Below, piece after piece: positions 30,345-40,881 of a stretch of DNA of 64,000 nt. The notes under the pieces were generated by a model. It worked only from the letters and a program-made list of their open reading frames with translations, was not told where the DNA came from and ran no database searches. The stretch lies in the sequence record NC_049340.1; one strand, 5' to 3'. Each line of letters starts with the position of its first letter. Positions within the stretch are counted from its first letter, which is position 1. A program made the position numbers and the translations under genes.

Positions 30345-32348
30345 ATGAAAGAAGATAACCACCCAAACACAGCATCCGATATGGAAACTATGACCAATGA
30401 ATTTGGTGTTCCTGAACAGGATGAAAAACTTGGAAAATTGAAAACCGATGTTTCGGAATCAAGAACTGTTAGTTCATATTCTCGTGAAGAGTTTATAACA
30501 GCATTTAAGAAGACTGTTGCATTTTTTAAAAATATCGAGGGTATTGATATTAATAGGATGCGAACACAATTCGAATATGTTAAAAGAACCGTAGATGCAT
30601 TTGGTGATGGTAGAGAAAGTGTAATTTTCATAGCACCAACTGGATTTGGTAAGTCTTTCTATGCGTATGCAATAACAAAGTTATTTGAGTTTTTAGATTC
30701 AGGTAATAGTTCATATATACTTACACCAAATAAGTTCCTACAGGAGCAATATGAAAAGGATATAAAAGGATTTGACCTAAGTACATACAAAATGTTAAAG
30801 GGTCAAGCAAACTATACATGTACGGTAAATAAAAAACCGTTTACAGAACGTGAGTGTGGTGATGATTCAGTTTCCAATGTTATTAATAGTGGGAAGTGGA
30901 AAGGTTGTGTAGGAATATGCCCATACATCCAAGAAAGAATTAAAGCAATTAGAGCAAAGACAACTGTATTTAACTATAACTATTGGTTAACAACATTAAA
31001 TAACGTATATCCAATATTAGGTGATAGTTCGCCATTTAAACCAAGGACATTAACAATATTTGATGAAACACATACATTAGGTAACATTGTTCAGGATATG
31101 TTTGCTGTTGAGTTTAGTTTGAATAGTATCATTAGACGTTCACGTGCATTCTCACAAATGTTAATTAACCAAAGTGGATGTGAACTAAATATTGTTGATG
31201 AACTGAATATGATTGTTGATGCATTCGAAAGTATTAATTCAAACATTGATGCTAATGAATATGTGTATGAAAAATTAATGCAATTATATAAAGGACTTAC
31301 ATCACTATTTAAAAAGTATGATACTGAATTGGGTAGACTTTTAGATAAGTTACCAACGGATTTAGATGATAAACCTATACTACAAGACGTACACAAAGAC
31401 TTAATTAAGTTTAATGAAACTATTATAGAGTGGAATGATAAACTTGGACAGTTAATTGATGTTTATGCTAAATTTGGTAAAGAAACCATTGTAGCATCAA
31501 TTGAAGAAATTACAGATGATAAAGTTAAAGTGATACCTGAGTTTGGTTCTATATCTAAGACTAGATTAAAGTTACAATGTACTAATGAAAGTGAGTTATG
31601 TAAAATGGCTGTACACGAAAAATCAGACTATAAAGTTTTCATGTCCGCTACATTAGGTGATATGGATGCATATGCTGAACAAACAGGTATTAAAAACTAT
31701 GCTAAATTAGAAGTGCCACAGATATTCAATTACGACAAATCACCAATATATAGTGTTACACCAATGCTATCTATGAACTATAGAAATAAGGCACAGAACA
31801 AACCTGCTATGGTTCAAAGAATCCTCAAAATTATTGACCATCACGAGGGTCAACGTGGATTAATCCACACAGGCAATTTTGAGTTGATGAGGGCGTTACA
31901 AGAAACTGGACACCCTAGAATAATTACATACACCAATTCGGATGAGAAATCAAAGATTTTAGATATCTTAAAGAATAGTGAAGATTGTGTAATTGCCGGG
32001 CCAAGTCTCGTAGAAGGTGTTGACCTTAAAGATGACCTATGTAGATTCATGGTGTTTATGAAAGTTCCGTTCCTTTCAATGGGTGATAGACTTACTAAAA
32101 AGAAAATGGAAATTTATCGTAAGTGGTATGGGTGGAATGCGATGTCAAATGTATTACAAGGACTTGGACGTGGTATTCGTAATGATAAAGATTGGTGTGT
32201 TTCATATTTACTAGACTCATCATTTCAATCATTTTTCCATAATAACCCAGCACCTAAATGGGTTGAGGATAGATTTAAATTAATGGAATCAACAAATATT
32301 GGTGTTGAGTATGACCCTGATGCAGAATTTGATAATATAGAATGGTAA
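30345..32348 (+). CDS. DinG/XPD-family SF2 helicase
   Basis: APTGFGKS, DETH, MSAT, EGVDL..DLCRFMVFMKVPF, QGLGRGIR; Fe-S-like Cys pattern. Confidence 0.85.
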   Translation: MKEDNHPNTASDMETMTNEFGVPEQDEKLGKLKTDVSESRTVSSYSREEFITAFKKTVAFFKNIEGIDINRMRTQFEYVKRTVDAFGDGRESVIFIAPTGFGKSFYAYAITKLFEFLDSGNSSYILTPNKFLQEQYEKDIKGFDLSTYKMLKGQANYTCTVNKKPFTERECGDDSVSNVINSGKWKGCVGICPYIQERIKAIRAKTTVFNYNYWLTTLNNVYPILGDSSPFKPRTLTIFDETHTLGNIVQDMFAVEFSLNSIIRRSRAFSQMLINQSGCELNIVDELNMIVDAFESINSNIDANEYVYEKLMQLYKGLTSLFKKYDTELGRLLDKLPTDLDDKPILQDVHKDLIKFNETIIEWNDKLGQLIDVYAKFGKETIVASIEEITDDKVKVIPEFGSISKTRLKLQCTNESELCKMAVHEKSDYKVFMSATLGDMDAYAEQTGIKNYAKLEVPQIFNYDKSPIYSVTPMLSMNYRNKAQNKPAMVQRILKIIDHHEGQRGLIHTGNFELMRALQETGHPRIITYTNSDEKSKILDILKNSEDCVIAGPSLVEGVDLKDDLCRFMVFMKVPFLSMGDRLTKKKMEIYRKWYGWNAMSNVLQGLGRGIRNDKDWCVSYLLDSSFQSFFHNNPAPKWVEDRFKLMESTNIGVEYDPDAEFDNIEW

Positions 32349-32394
32349 AAAATCGGAAACACGTTTTGTGTTTCCAATTTTTTGTTTATATTTG
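32347..32394 (+). promoter_or_regulatory. Palindromic promoter element (near-identical to 61850-61897)
   Basis: aaaaaatcggaaacac-gtttt-gtgtttccaatttttt; TTTG 32365-68, 18-nt spacer, TATATTTG 32387-94. Confidence 0.75.
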
Positions 32395-32411
32395 CAATAA
32401 ATAATCCTATT

Positions 32412-32600
32412 ATGAAGAAAAAAATATACAGAATAATAAAATTAGGTGACTGCTGGCACTTACAGGAAAGTAATTTCAGAAAACCATTTTATAAGAAGCG
32501 TAAGTGGTTAACAGTCTTCCCATATTCACGTAACCGTGATGATGTTGTTGATTTATTTTCAGATATATTAAAGATTAATAAAAATTCAATTTTAATATAA
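32412..32600 (+). CDS. Small hypothetical protein
   Basis: ATG at 32412 after the promoter. Confidence 0.6.
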   Translation: MKKKIYRIIKLGDCWHLQESNFRKPFYKKRKWLTVFPYSRNRDDVVDLFSDILKINKNSILI

Positions 32601-32890
32601 TGGAAGATAATAAATATTACTATCAATACTTTACGTTAGACTTTGATAAAATATCAAAGGCTGAACTAGGACATTGTATTAGTATTTTATTTTATAGTGA
32701 AGAACACTCAGAGTTATATGCCCAAGAAATTTCATATCATATTCTTGGTAACTATATAATGTGGTCTGATGGTTCAACAACATTATATTTCACTAAAAAA
32801 TATTTAAGAATAAATGGTCATAATTTTTTCTCTAATAGTGATATTGGATTAATGTTTTCAAAAATTAAAAATTATATATATGCGAAATAA
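32600..32890 (+). CDS. Hypothetical protein
   Basis: 96-aa ORF with coupled start and stop. Confidence 0.6.
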   Translation: MEDNKYYYQYFTLDFDKISKAELGHCISILFYSEEHSELYAQEISYHILGNYIMWSDGSTTLYFTKKYLRINGHNFFSNSDIGLMFSKIKNYIYAK

Positions 32891-33512
32891 AAAATACAGA
32901 CGTAAATCATACATCTTATTCCCACACAAAGATGCTAAATTTAAGCAACGAAAATTCAATAAACTAACAGACCTAAAGAAATACTTATTCAAGCAAGGTT
33001 TCGATGCACTAGGTGCTGAAATTTCAATATCTAAGAAAGACTATTCATCATCTTGTTTTGGTGGTGTTGATATGTACTGTTGGGTTGACCGTATTGGTAA
33101 ACTAAAACTATTCAAAGCCAATGGTAGAGGTTCTAAAATGAAAAAGTTTGGTAAGGTCAGTAAAGCAGATAAGAAGTATTATGCATTCTTTGATAAGTTT
33201 ATGAAAATTATGTGTAAACCTGATGAAGAGGTTGCCACGGATAGAAATTTACTTAAATTACTTGTTTGTATGAAACGAATGGGGTTTGTATCAAAAGAAA
33301 TCAATTCTGATGATGATATGTTCGATTATTATACAAACGTAATGGATTCATACACAATTGATGAATTAGCTGTAGAAAACTTCGGTTATTGGTCAGACCG
33401 TTGTGGATATTTTAGAAAACAGATTATAGTTGATATGATTGTTCGTGATAGACCTCACATAGTTGAGCAATTTAATGAAGTTGTTAATAGTAAACGTAGG
33501 TTTAGGTTATAA
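32880..33512 (+). CDS. Hypothetical protein
   Basis: 210-aa ORF. Confidence 0.7.
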   Translation: MRNKKYRRKSYILFPHKDAKFKQRKFNKLTDLKKYLFKQGFDALGAEISISKKDYSSSCFGGVDMYCWVDRIGKLKLFKANGRGSKMKKFGKVSKADKKYYAFFDKFMKIMCKPDEEVATDRNLLKLLVCMKRMGFVSKEINSDDDMFDYYTNVMDSYTIDELAVENFGYWSDRCGYFRKQIIVDMIVRDRPHIVEQFNEVVNSKRRFRL

Positions 33513-33529
33513 GGGTGCTACGCACCCTT
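33511..33529. terminator. Triloop hairpin
   Basis: aagggtgc-tac-gcaccctt. Confidence 0.6.
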
Positions 33530-33706
33530 TATGAGTGTTCAGGTACGATATTTAAGACACTTTTATTATAAAAAGGTATTAGGAGTCCAATTGAATATTT
33601 TAAAAGCTAATAATCACACACATATGTTAAATTAATGTTAACATGAAAATTTATTTTGCATATTAAAAATAATGTTGTATATTTACAAAGTAAAAATGAT
33701 TAAGCA

Positions 33707-34058
33707 ATGGCAACAATTAAAAGACATTAGAATTTAACAATTTAGAAGAGTTCAAAAACATAGTTCAGAACATAGAAATTAATGAGGGTGATATAATCAC
33801 TTGTAAGTTACCTAAAGGTTGTTACTATGAGCAACTAATATTAGAACATGAACACCAACACAATTTAATGCTAGTGATGATGGTTATTGTTGGTCATTAA
33901 AAGATAACTGGCATAGAACACGTAGTGTACACACGAATTACCCAATGAAAGATACTAACTATGTTAAGATGTTCAAAACAAAAGGTGGTGCTATAAGAAG
34001 ACTGTTTAAATTTCTTTCATGGCATGAAAACAATAATGTAAACAAATTCATAATTTAA
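33707..34058 (+). CDS. Hypothetical protein (two apparent 1-nt deletions)
   Basis: Reconstructed as MATIKKTLEFNNLEEF...YVKMFKTKGGAIRRL...; missed by the ORF track. Confidence 0.4.
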
Positions 34059-34063
34059 TTAAG

Positions 34064-34699
34064 ATGAAAACATATATTTTAGTAAAAAATAAGAAATCAG
34101 GGTTATTAGGTATTTTTGAGAAAACTACCGTTGATATTTCAAACAATGATTTTGAAGTATTTGGTGAGGTAACCAAAGATAATTTTACAATCTATTCTGC
34201 ATATCTAGACATTGATTCAGTATTAGGTAATAAGATTAAAAGTCAATCATACCTTAGGGAACTGTGTTCCGAAATTGAAGAACAAAAAAATATTGAAGAA
34301 TGTCATAGATTGTTCAAGTTAACAGAAAAATATACACCACTAGTTGATGCTATATTTAAGAATGTTAATAATACTGATGATGGTAATTACCGAATTGGGT
34401 TAAATGAAGTTGACTGTGATTCTAAATATGGTATTAGATTTGATATTTGCGTTGGTACGGAAAATACAACACCAATATCATTTATTTACTCGGTTGAATT
34501 AAAAAATGGTCATGTAACAAAGCATCCATTTTATCTTTGTGATGATTACCATTTTGAAATTATTGATGGGTTATTAGGTATAAATACTGTTGAGCCAGCA
34601 GATGATAACTTCAATAACTGTATAAAGTCTTTGATTAAAAACAAAAACAAGATAAAGGATTTGCTATCTAGTGCAGTAAAAGAGTTTTTCAATGGATAA
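34064..34699 (+). CDS. Hypothetical protein
   Basis: 211-aa ORF. Confidence 0.7.
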   Translation: MKTYILVKNKKSGLLGIFEKTTVDISNNDFEVFGEVTKDNFTIYSAYLDIDSVLGNKIKSQSYLRELCSEIEEQKNIEECHRLFKLTEKYTPLVDAIFKNVNNTDDGNYRIGLNEVDCDSKYGIRFDICVGTENTTPISFIYSVELKNGHVTKHPFYLCDDYHFEIIDGLLGINTVEPADDNFNNCIKSLIKNKNKIKDLLSSAVKEFFNG

Positions 34700-35021
34700 G
34701 AAAATATACGATACAATTAGAAGAGAATTAAAACGAAATAATCCTGATTTATTATTGCGTGATGTTCCATCAGCAGATGATATTTCAATTGATGAGATTG
34801 CTCAGAAGTTCCAAACACATTTAATTAATGTTGGTGATACACTTAGTATTGTTAGTGATGCTAGTCTTTATATTTCAAAATCATATGCAAATGGGATAAT
34901 AACACTTAGTAAGTATGTTAGTGTTATTCGTAGTTTCTTCAATGATGTAACAAAAGCTAGAAATAGTGATGATATATATGATGCATGTATTAGACATTTA
35001 ATTTTAGCAACATATCATTAA
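34692..35021 (+). CDS. Hypothetical protein
   Basis: 109-aa ORF. Confidence 0.7.
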   Translation: MDKKIYDTIRRELKRNNPDLLLRDVPSADDISIDEIAQKFQTHLINVGDTLSIVSDASLYISKSYANGIITLSKYVSVIRSFFNDVTKARNSDDIYDACIRHLILATYH

Positions 35022-35022
35022 A

Positions 35023-35070
35023 AATAAATTGGAAATCCTTTGTGGTTTCCAATTTATTATTTTATATTTG
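35023..35070 (+). promoter_or_regulatory. Palindrome-embedded sigma-A promoter
   Basis: aataaattggaaa-N10-tttccaatttatt; TTTG 35039-42, 20-nt spacer, TATATTTG 35063-70. Confidence 0.75.
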
Positions 35071-35074
35071 CAGT

Positions 35075-35311
35075 ATGAAAAACAGAACTAAAAGAATTAT
35101 ATTATTCATCGTACTATTAATCACATACCTATCAGGTGTGTGGTTTGGTAACGATAATAGGTACTATTACTTATTAATGTTACCTCTACCGATATTCGCA
35201 ATATTCCTTAGATATGTTGATACATTAAAAGGAACTTTAACGGAATTTGATATTTTAAAAATGTCATGGAAAGATAGATTAAAAATTTGGTTAATAAAGG
35301 TATTAGGATGA
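35075..35311 (+). CDS. Small membrane protein (two transmembrane segments)
   Basis: IILFIVLLITYLSGVWF and YYYLLMLPLPIFAIF. Confidence 0.65.
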   Translation: MKNRTKRIILFIVLLITYLSGVWFGNDNRYYYLLMLPLPIFAIFLRYVDTLKGTLTEFDILKMSWKDRLKIWLIKVLG

Positions 35312-35682
35312 TAGATTTATATAAAAAGACATTAAAGGCTTATGATAGCCATGGAACTATTATTGTTGGTGTTGAATTTGATGATACGGTATTCCCATAC
35401 ACACCATCAACAAAGGAACGATGTGAAATTGTCGTTGAACAGTTAAAGAAACTAAAAAATAACTATAATGTTACTTTATGTTTGTTTACCGTTTCGGACA
35501 AATCTTCGTTAAAGTATAAGGAACATATAATGGACTTATACGGTATTAAACCTGATTTTATTAATGAATCACCTATAAAAAATTGGGTTATTTGTCCATC
35601 AACATACTTTAATATCTATATTGATGATAAGAGTGGTATAGACGAAATGATTCACCTTTTAAAAATGTTAAATAACAAATAA
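35308..35682 (+). CDS. HAD-superfamily hydrolase-like protein
   Basis: IIVGVEFDDTV (motif I with E in place of D) and IYIDDK (motif IV). Confidence 0.7.
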   Translation: MIDLYKKTLKAYDSHGTIIVGVEFDDTVFPYTPSTKERCEIVVEQLKKLKNNYNVTLCLFTVSDKSSLKYKEHIMDLYGIKPDFINESPIKNWVICPSTYFNIYIDDKSGIDEMIHLLKMLNNK

Positions 35683-35685
35683 ATT

Positions 35686-37203
35686 ATGCAGAAATTAGAC
35701 AAAGCATTTAGATTAAATTCAGCTTATTATTCAGATGGATATAAGATTGGACATAAACAAATGTTAGCACCAAACACAGACTTTTTATATGGAACATGGA
35801 TTCCACGTTCTGTTAAATATGCACCAAAGGGTGTTAGTAAAGTTGTATCAGCAGGACATCAGTTTGCATGGCGTTGGTTACACTCAGAGTATCAAGAAAA
35901 CTTCTTTAATACACCAGTAGAGGATGCAATTAAATTTGTTGAAGATTTAAACATGTACTTAAACTTACCTTATAATGGTGAACACTTTATTGAGTTACAT
36001 AAATTAGGGTACTTACCAATTAGAGTAAAGGCATTAAAAGAGGGTGTTGAGACAAATCCAAACATCCCACACCAAACATTTGTTAATACAAAGGCTGGTT
36101 TTGCATGGTTAACTTTATACTTAGAAACAATTGTATCAGCATTATCATGGAGATTTTCAACATCAGCTACTATTGCATTACAATATAAAAGAAATGCATT
36201 AAAAGCGTTCAACGAAACTTGTAAAGAGGCGTTACCAGTATTACCATATCATTGTCACGATTTTTCAGCAAGAGGTTTAGACCCATTTACAATGATGGCA
36301 AGTGGTTTAGGTTTTGCAACATCATTTAGAGGTTCTGATACATTAGCTGTTATACCAAGTGCTAGATACTTCTATGATGAACCTGAAAATGAAGTTGTAA
36401 TTAATTCTGTAAATGCATCAGAGCATAGTGTATCAACAACAAAAATCTTTACTGTTGGTGAAAAGCAAATGATTATTGATTGGTGTAAAGAGTTTCCTAC
36501 AGGAATCTTATCAATTGTAGCAGATACTTTTGATTTATTCAAATTAATTACAGAGTACTTAACAGACCCTGTTGTTAAACAAGCTATTTTATACCGTGAT
36601 GGAACAGTTGTAATTCGTCCTGATAGTGGTGACCCTGTTGATATTGTATGTGGTAAGAATACTGGTAGATTAGCAGGAATGTATGGTGAAGCACAAAGAG
36701 ATTTCCCTGATTTAAAAGGTGTTGTTGAATTACTTGGTGACATCTTTGGAACAACTACAAACGAACAAGGTTATAAAGTATTAAATCCTAAAATTGGTTG
36801 TATCTACGGTAATACTATCACCGTAGATAGACAAACAGCAATCTACGAAAGATTAAAATCTAAAGGGTATGCATCTTGTAATATTGTTTTCGGTGTTGGT
36901 TCTTTCACATTAGGATACCAAACTAGAGATAGTTTAGGGTTTGCTTGCAAAGGTTCATGGTTTGAGTGTGATGGTAAAGGTCATAGTATTTACAAAGACC
37001 CAGCTACCGATGATGGTACTAAAAAATCATTAAAGGGTAAAGTTGCTGTTCATTATTCATATGCTGATGGATATGTTGTACAAACAGAATGTACAGATGC
37101 GGAAGAACAAAAAGGTGAATTACAAGTTATTTACGAGGATGGTAAATTCTTCAACCAAACAACTTTAACAGAAATTAGAGAAAATATTGATAATATTTTA
37201 TAA
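35686..37203 (+). CDS. nadV: Nicotinamide phosphoribosyltransferase (NAMPT)
   Basis: SDGYKIGH, HDFSARG, ASEHS, SIVADT, VIRPDSGDP, GVGSF, KDPATDDGTKKSLKG. Confidence 0.92.
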   Translation: MQKLDKAFRLNSAYYSDGYKIGHKQMLAPNTDFLYGTWIPRSVKYAPKGVSKVVSAGHQFAWRWLHSEYQENFFNTPVEDAIKFVEDLNMYLNLPYNGEHFIELHKLGYLPIRVKALKEGVETNPNIPHQTFVNTKAGFAWLTLYLETIVSALSWRFSTSATIALQYKRNALKAFNETCKEALPVLPYHCHDFSARGLDPFTMMASGLGFATSFRGSDTLAVIPSARYFYDEPENEVVINSVNASEHSVSTTKIFTVGEKQMIIDWCKEFPTGILSIVADTFDLFKLITEYLTDPVVKQAILYRDGTVVIRPDSGDPVDIVCGKNTGRLAGMYGEAQRDFPDLKGVVELLGDIFGTTTNEQGYKVLNPKIGCIYGNTITVDRQTAIYERLKSKGYASCNIVFGVGSFTLGYQTRDSLGFACKGSWFECDGKGHSIYKDPATDDGTKKSLKGKVAVHYSYADGYVVQTECTDAEEQKGELQVIYEDGKFFNQTTLTEIRENIDNIL

Positions 37204-37209
37204 AATATT

Positions 37210-37347
37210 TTTGTAATTCAAAAACTATTTGTATATTTGAACTCAATAGTTAAATAATTAAAAACACAAGTATTATGAAATAGTTTTTAAAGTTACATAA
37301 AAAATGAAAAAAACCTTTGACATGTCGCAAAGGTTTTTTTATATTTG
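37210..37347 (+). promoter_or_regulatory. Two tandem sigma-A promoters; the second -33 box lies inside a palindrome
   Basis: TTTG 37210-13/TATATTTG 37232-39; aaaaaaacctttg-N8-caaaggttttttt with TTTG 37316-19, 20-nt spacer, TATATTTG 37340-47. Confidence 0.7.
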
Positions 37348-37366
37348 TCGTATAAAAGAGATAATC

Positions 37367-37519
37367 ATGTTAAGTAAACTATTCAAATTATTTTATCCAA
37401 CTAAGTTACGTAATCGAGAACAACAAATAATGTACTACGCTAGTAAAGAAATTGAAGCTGACTTAAATGGTAAAAAGAAAGAATCTAAGCACTACGAAAA
37501 CAAACTAAAGACTATCTAA
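37367..37519 (+). CDS. Small hypothetical protein
   Basis: ATG at 37367 downstream of the promoter. Confidence 0.5.
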   Translation: MLSKLFKLFYPTKLRNREQQIMYYASKEIEADLNGKKKESKHYENKLKTI

Positions 37520-37520
37520 T

Positions 37521-39449
37521 ATGAAACAAGAGTTAGTAAATAAGTTAAAAGATTATATTGACCTAACATCTAATATTGTTGGGTTTGACTTCTATGGTAC
37601 ATTAGATAAGACTGAACGTAGAATAAATCTAGCAACATATTCAGTAGAAAAAGAGTTAACCAAAGCATATAAGAGGTTTGAAGAGTCTCAATATGAACTT
37701 ACAGCACATCATTTAAAATTAGCTATACAAGAGGCTGGTGATTTTAGATTAAATGCACACTTAGGTTCATTGGAAGAAATTAACCAACTAGAGGAACTGT
37801 TACAAACAACCAAAGATGTTTTGTATGGTTCATTATCAGAAGTTATTAATAATACTAGAAAGTCCATAGCTAAACACTACTACGATGAATCACAATTCAA
37901 TATTACCTTAGATGAATTAAGTGATAAGGTTAACATATCAATGGTAAGTGAATTGATTGATGAATTAATGTCAGGTAATCTTATCAAGACATATGTTATT
38001 AAAGGTTCTGAAAATATCAATGCAGATAACGTACAATGGCTTAATAATATATTGGTGACTGAAAACCTAACCAATACATTAGATAGTCTTAAATTGATGC
38101 ATACAGAGCCAAATTTAGCACGTATTATACCGATTCTATCATATAACACTAGAATAGAATTATATTCGTTCTTTTCTATTGCAGTAGTTAGTGAAAACGG
38201 TGTTGTATTATTATCAGATAATACAGAATTTGATAACCCACATACTGCAACAGCATCTAGGAATCCATATCGAAGACGTGAAGAGAATTTTGAAAGATTA
38301 TCATTTCCTTACGACATTATATGGGATAAGAAATTAGGTGAGTATCAAAAGTTACCAATGACAAATGGAAATAACTTTGCGACTTGGCAAATACCATTAA
38401 ACACCATTTATTGGGATTCAATGATATTTATGAAAATGTTAGTTCAATGCTATGTTAATATGTCCAAGGATAAAACTGTTGGTAATATAAAACACGTAGG
38501 TACGTTTGAGCAACAATTAAATACATTGTCACTACCACCATCAACAAAATTAACTGATGATGGTCATTATAAAAAATTGAACTCTAAATGGAGTGGTGCG
38601 GAACAACACATAAAGGATATTGAAGAGTATTTAGAGTTATTTTCATCAGAACCAAGTGGTGCATTGGTTGAGGTTAATACAACCTTGGTTACATCAACAA
38701 AGGATTATAACCCAAATATGTTGGTAACAAAACAAAAAGCACATGAATTAGTTGAGTATTATTCGAGAGAAAAGAAACGTTCAGAAGTACAAAATGTGTA
38801 TGATGAGAGTAAGAAAAACCCAAGTAATCAAAGGTGGTATAGTCAATATTCATTAGATATAAAGAATTGGTTAATGGATGGTTTGCGAGATAATTTAGAT
38901 ACAATATTAAAGTTAGTCTATAGTGGTAATAAAGTTTTTATGGAATTACCATCAACAATTGATACACATTGTAATTTTGGTGGTGGTGTGCCTCAATATA
39001 CTAAAAAATATGTTGAGTTAACATCATATTCTAGTTATGCTGATGCTTGGTTAAATGAGGATATGTACTGGTGTATTTATAATGATGAACAAACAGCTAA
39101 GAGGTCTGTTATGTTCAGTATTAAACACTACTGGCAGATGATGGAGTTAACCAACACACCAAATAGAAAAGATTTACCTAAATCTTTAGCGATGTATAAG
39201 TGTAGTAATTTAATACCTTATGTTGGTAATACTATATTAAGAGACACCGACCCATTAATGCGTTTATATGACCCAGCATCAAAGGCATTTTCAAACGGTA
39301 TTGATGTTATGTTTAAGGTTAGTGGACGTTCGGATAATAAACTAAAGAAAAAATACTTTAAGTATGATAAGTGTATTAAAATGTTAGATGGTACATTTAT
39401 GAATATGGAAGAGTTTATCACAAAATATAAAATAAAAAATGAAAAATAA
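37521..39449 (+). CDS. Hypothetical protein
   Basis: 642-aa ORF; no motif recognised. Confidence 0.8.
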   Translation: MKQELVNKLKDYIDLTSNIVGFDFYGTLDKTERRINLATYSVEKELTKAYKRFEESQYELTAHHLKLAIQEAGDFRLNAHLGSLEEINQLEELLQTTKDVLYGSLSEVINNTRKSIAKHYYDESQFNITLDELSDKVNISMVSELIDELMSGNLIKTYVIKGSENINADNVQWLNNILVTENLTNTLDSLKLMHTEPNLARIIPILSYNTRIELYSFFSIAVVSENGVVLLSDNTEFDNPHTATASRNPYRRREENFERLSFPYDIIWDKKLGEYQKLPMTNGNNFATWQIPLNTIYWDSMIFMKMLVQCYVNMSKDKTVGNIKHVGTFEQQLNTLSLPPSTKLTDDGHYKKLNSKWSGAEQHIKDIEEYLELFSSEPSGALVEVNTTLVTSTKDYNPNMLVTKQKAHELVEYYSREKKRSEVQNVYDESKKNPSNQRWYSQYSLDIKNWLMDGLRDNLDTILKLVYSGNKVFMELPSTIDTHCNFGGGVPQYTKKYVELTSYSSYADAWLNEDMYWCIYNDEQTAKRSVMFSIKHYWQMMELTNTPNRKDLPKSLAMYKCSNLIPYVGNTILRDTDPLMRLYDPASKAFSNGIDVMFKVSGRSDNKLKKKYFKYDKCIKMLDGTFMNMEEFITKYKIKNEK

Positions 39450-40008
39450 ATTAGAATTAGAATTAGTTAGCAAGTGTTGGGAACTTAACTTGGATAAGAT
39501 TCTACACGGTGACCACTACAATATTGGTGATTTTACTGTACATACGGATGTTAAAAATGAGAACCGAAACGATGCAAAAACAAAAATTATGAAAGATATT
39601 CATTGGCTTTGTGGACTTAATTTAAATGATAATGATGAGACAGAAGTTACATACTTAAATATTCCTATAAAGAGGTGTAAAGTTGGTGATAAGTTTTTAT
39701 TTGAGGGTGAACCTAAATCAAAATATCAAATAGAAGAAATTCTAAAGGAACGTAAGCGAATTGATGAGTTGAAAAAGTTTGCTGAGGACAACAAAGGTAA
39801 GTTCTGCTACATACAAAAATACGACTACTATAAACCAAATAGAAGTGGTTATACACAATATAGAACAAAGGCTGGTGTTTATGAAGTAGCTGATGCGGTT
39901 GATTCTGCAATTAAATGTAGAGATTTATCATTAGTTCTTATTGATATAGATGAACACAATAAGAATATACTTGAAGAAATTGAAGACCTTAAAACAAGAT
40001 TATTATGA
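39439..40008 (+). CDS. Hypothetical protein
   Basis: 189-aa ORF. Confidence 0.7.
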   Translation: MKNKLELELVSKCWELNLDKILHGDHYNIGDFTVHTDVKNENRNDAKTKIMKDIHWLCGLNLNDNDETEVTYLNIPIKRCKVGDKFLFEGEPKSKYQIEEILKERKRIDELKKFAEDNKGKFCYIQKYDYYKPNRSGYTQYRTKAGVYEVADAVDSAIKCRDLSLVLIDIDEHNKNILEEIEDLKTRLL

Positions 40009-40323
40009 GAACGGTAACAATAGTACAAGTTTGGAATGAATTTGACATGAGTAAAAATGATACGTACCCAAAATCTGCTGGTAAGTATCTAGTTGATATA
40101 TTTCACAGCGTTATATACAGAAATGTATAAAAACGTTATTACAAATTTCAATGGCATAAAACATTATTTATTATGTCATTTACTACATCAGAAAACCCAG
40201 TTCAATTACATACCTTAGAGAAAGGTACGCGTTTTGTTAAATCATTTAGGGGGTTTTTGCGTCTTTTTCATTTTAAACATTTTAAATATCTTTTATTTTT
40301 TCTTTATTGCTGTGTCTTCTTTG

Positions 40324-40713
40324 CTACTCATTTTCTTCTTTTATTATATTCGAACTTCCTAGTACTTCCATTGCTTCTTCATCTGATATGCAGTGCGCTA
40401 TTCCTATTACTTCCCCATCTTCGTCAACTTCTATATATGTATAAGTTTCTTTTATTTCGTATGTATATACATCTTCTTCAATTATTTTCATCCCTTCCTC
40501 TAGGTCTTCCTTTTCTATTATATATTCTTCTCTAGATATATCATATATTCCTCCTTCTATTTCCACGTATTCATCCCCGTGTTTTCCCTCGTGAAACTCG
40601 TTAAACATTATTTTTGTGAATGTTTTTCTTGCTTCTTTGTAGTTTTCTTCTTCTATCGTGTTTATTAACTTAGGTTCTTGCCCCTCTCTTTTTTTGTAAA
40701 TGTTGTAAATCAT
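40324..40713 (-). CDS. Highly acidic hypothetical protein; the only credible minus-strand gene
   Basis: 129 aa with about 30 Glu and 7 Asp versus 14 Lys/Arg; has its own promoter; atypical codons (GGG/GGA, ATA). Confidence 0.8.
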   Translation of the reverse strand: MIYNIYKKREGQEPKLINTIEEENYKEARKTFTKIMFNEFHEGKHGDEYVEIEGGIYDISREEYIIEKEDLEEGMKIIEEDVYTYEIKETYTYIEVDEDGEVIGIAHCISDEEAMEVLGSSNIIKEENE

Positions 40714-40738
40714 CTTTGTTTATTTTTTGTTTCTTCTA

Positions 40739-40769
40739 CAAATATAGTTCTTTTATTGCATATATGCAA
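40739..40769 (-). promoter_or_regulatory. Minus-strand sigma-A promoter
   Basis: Reverse strand: TTG, 20-nt spacer, TATATTTG (top strand caaatata 40739-46); palindrome ttgcatatatgcaa spans the -33 box. Confidence 0.75.
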
Positions 40770-40881
40770 CTTTTATTTGTTAAATATTGCTTAAATGCTT
40801 GTTTTTCTTTTTTTAAGGTGTTTTTTGTAAATTTGTTAAATATGAAATATGGTAAGGTACATACAGACAGTATTATAATGG

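Noticed and set aside
40173-40535. + strand 120-aa Leu/Phe-rich ORF resembling a membrane protein
   Set aside because: Mostly the antisense shadow of the Glu-rich minus-strand gene. Only its first codons belong to the interrupted upstream gene.
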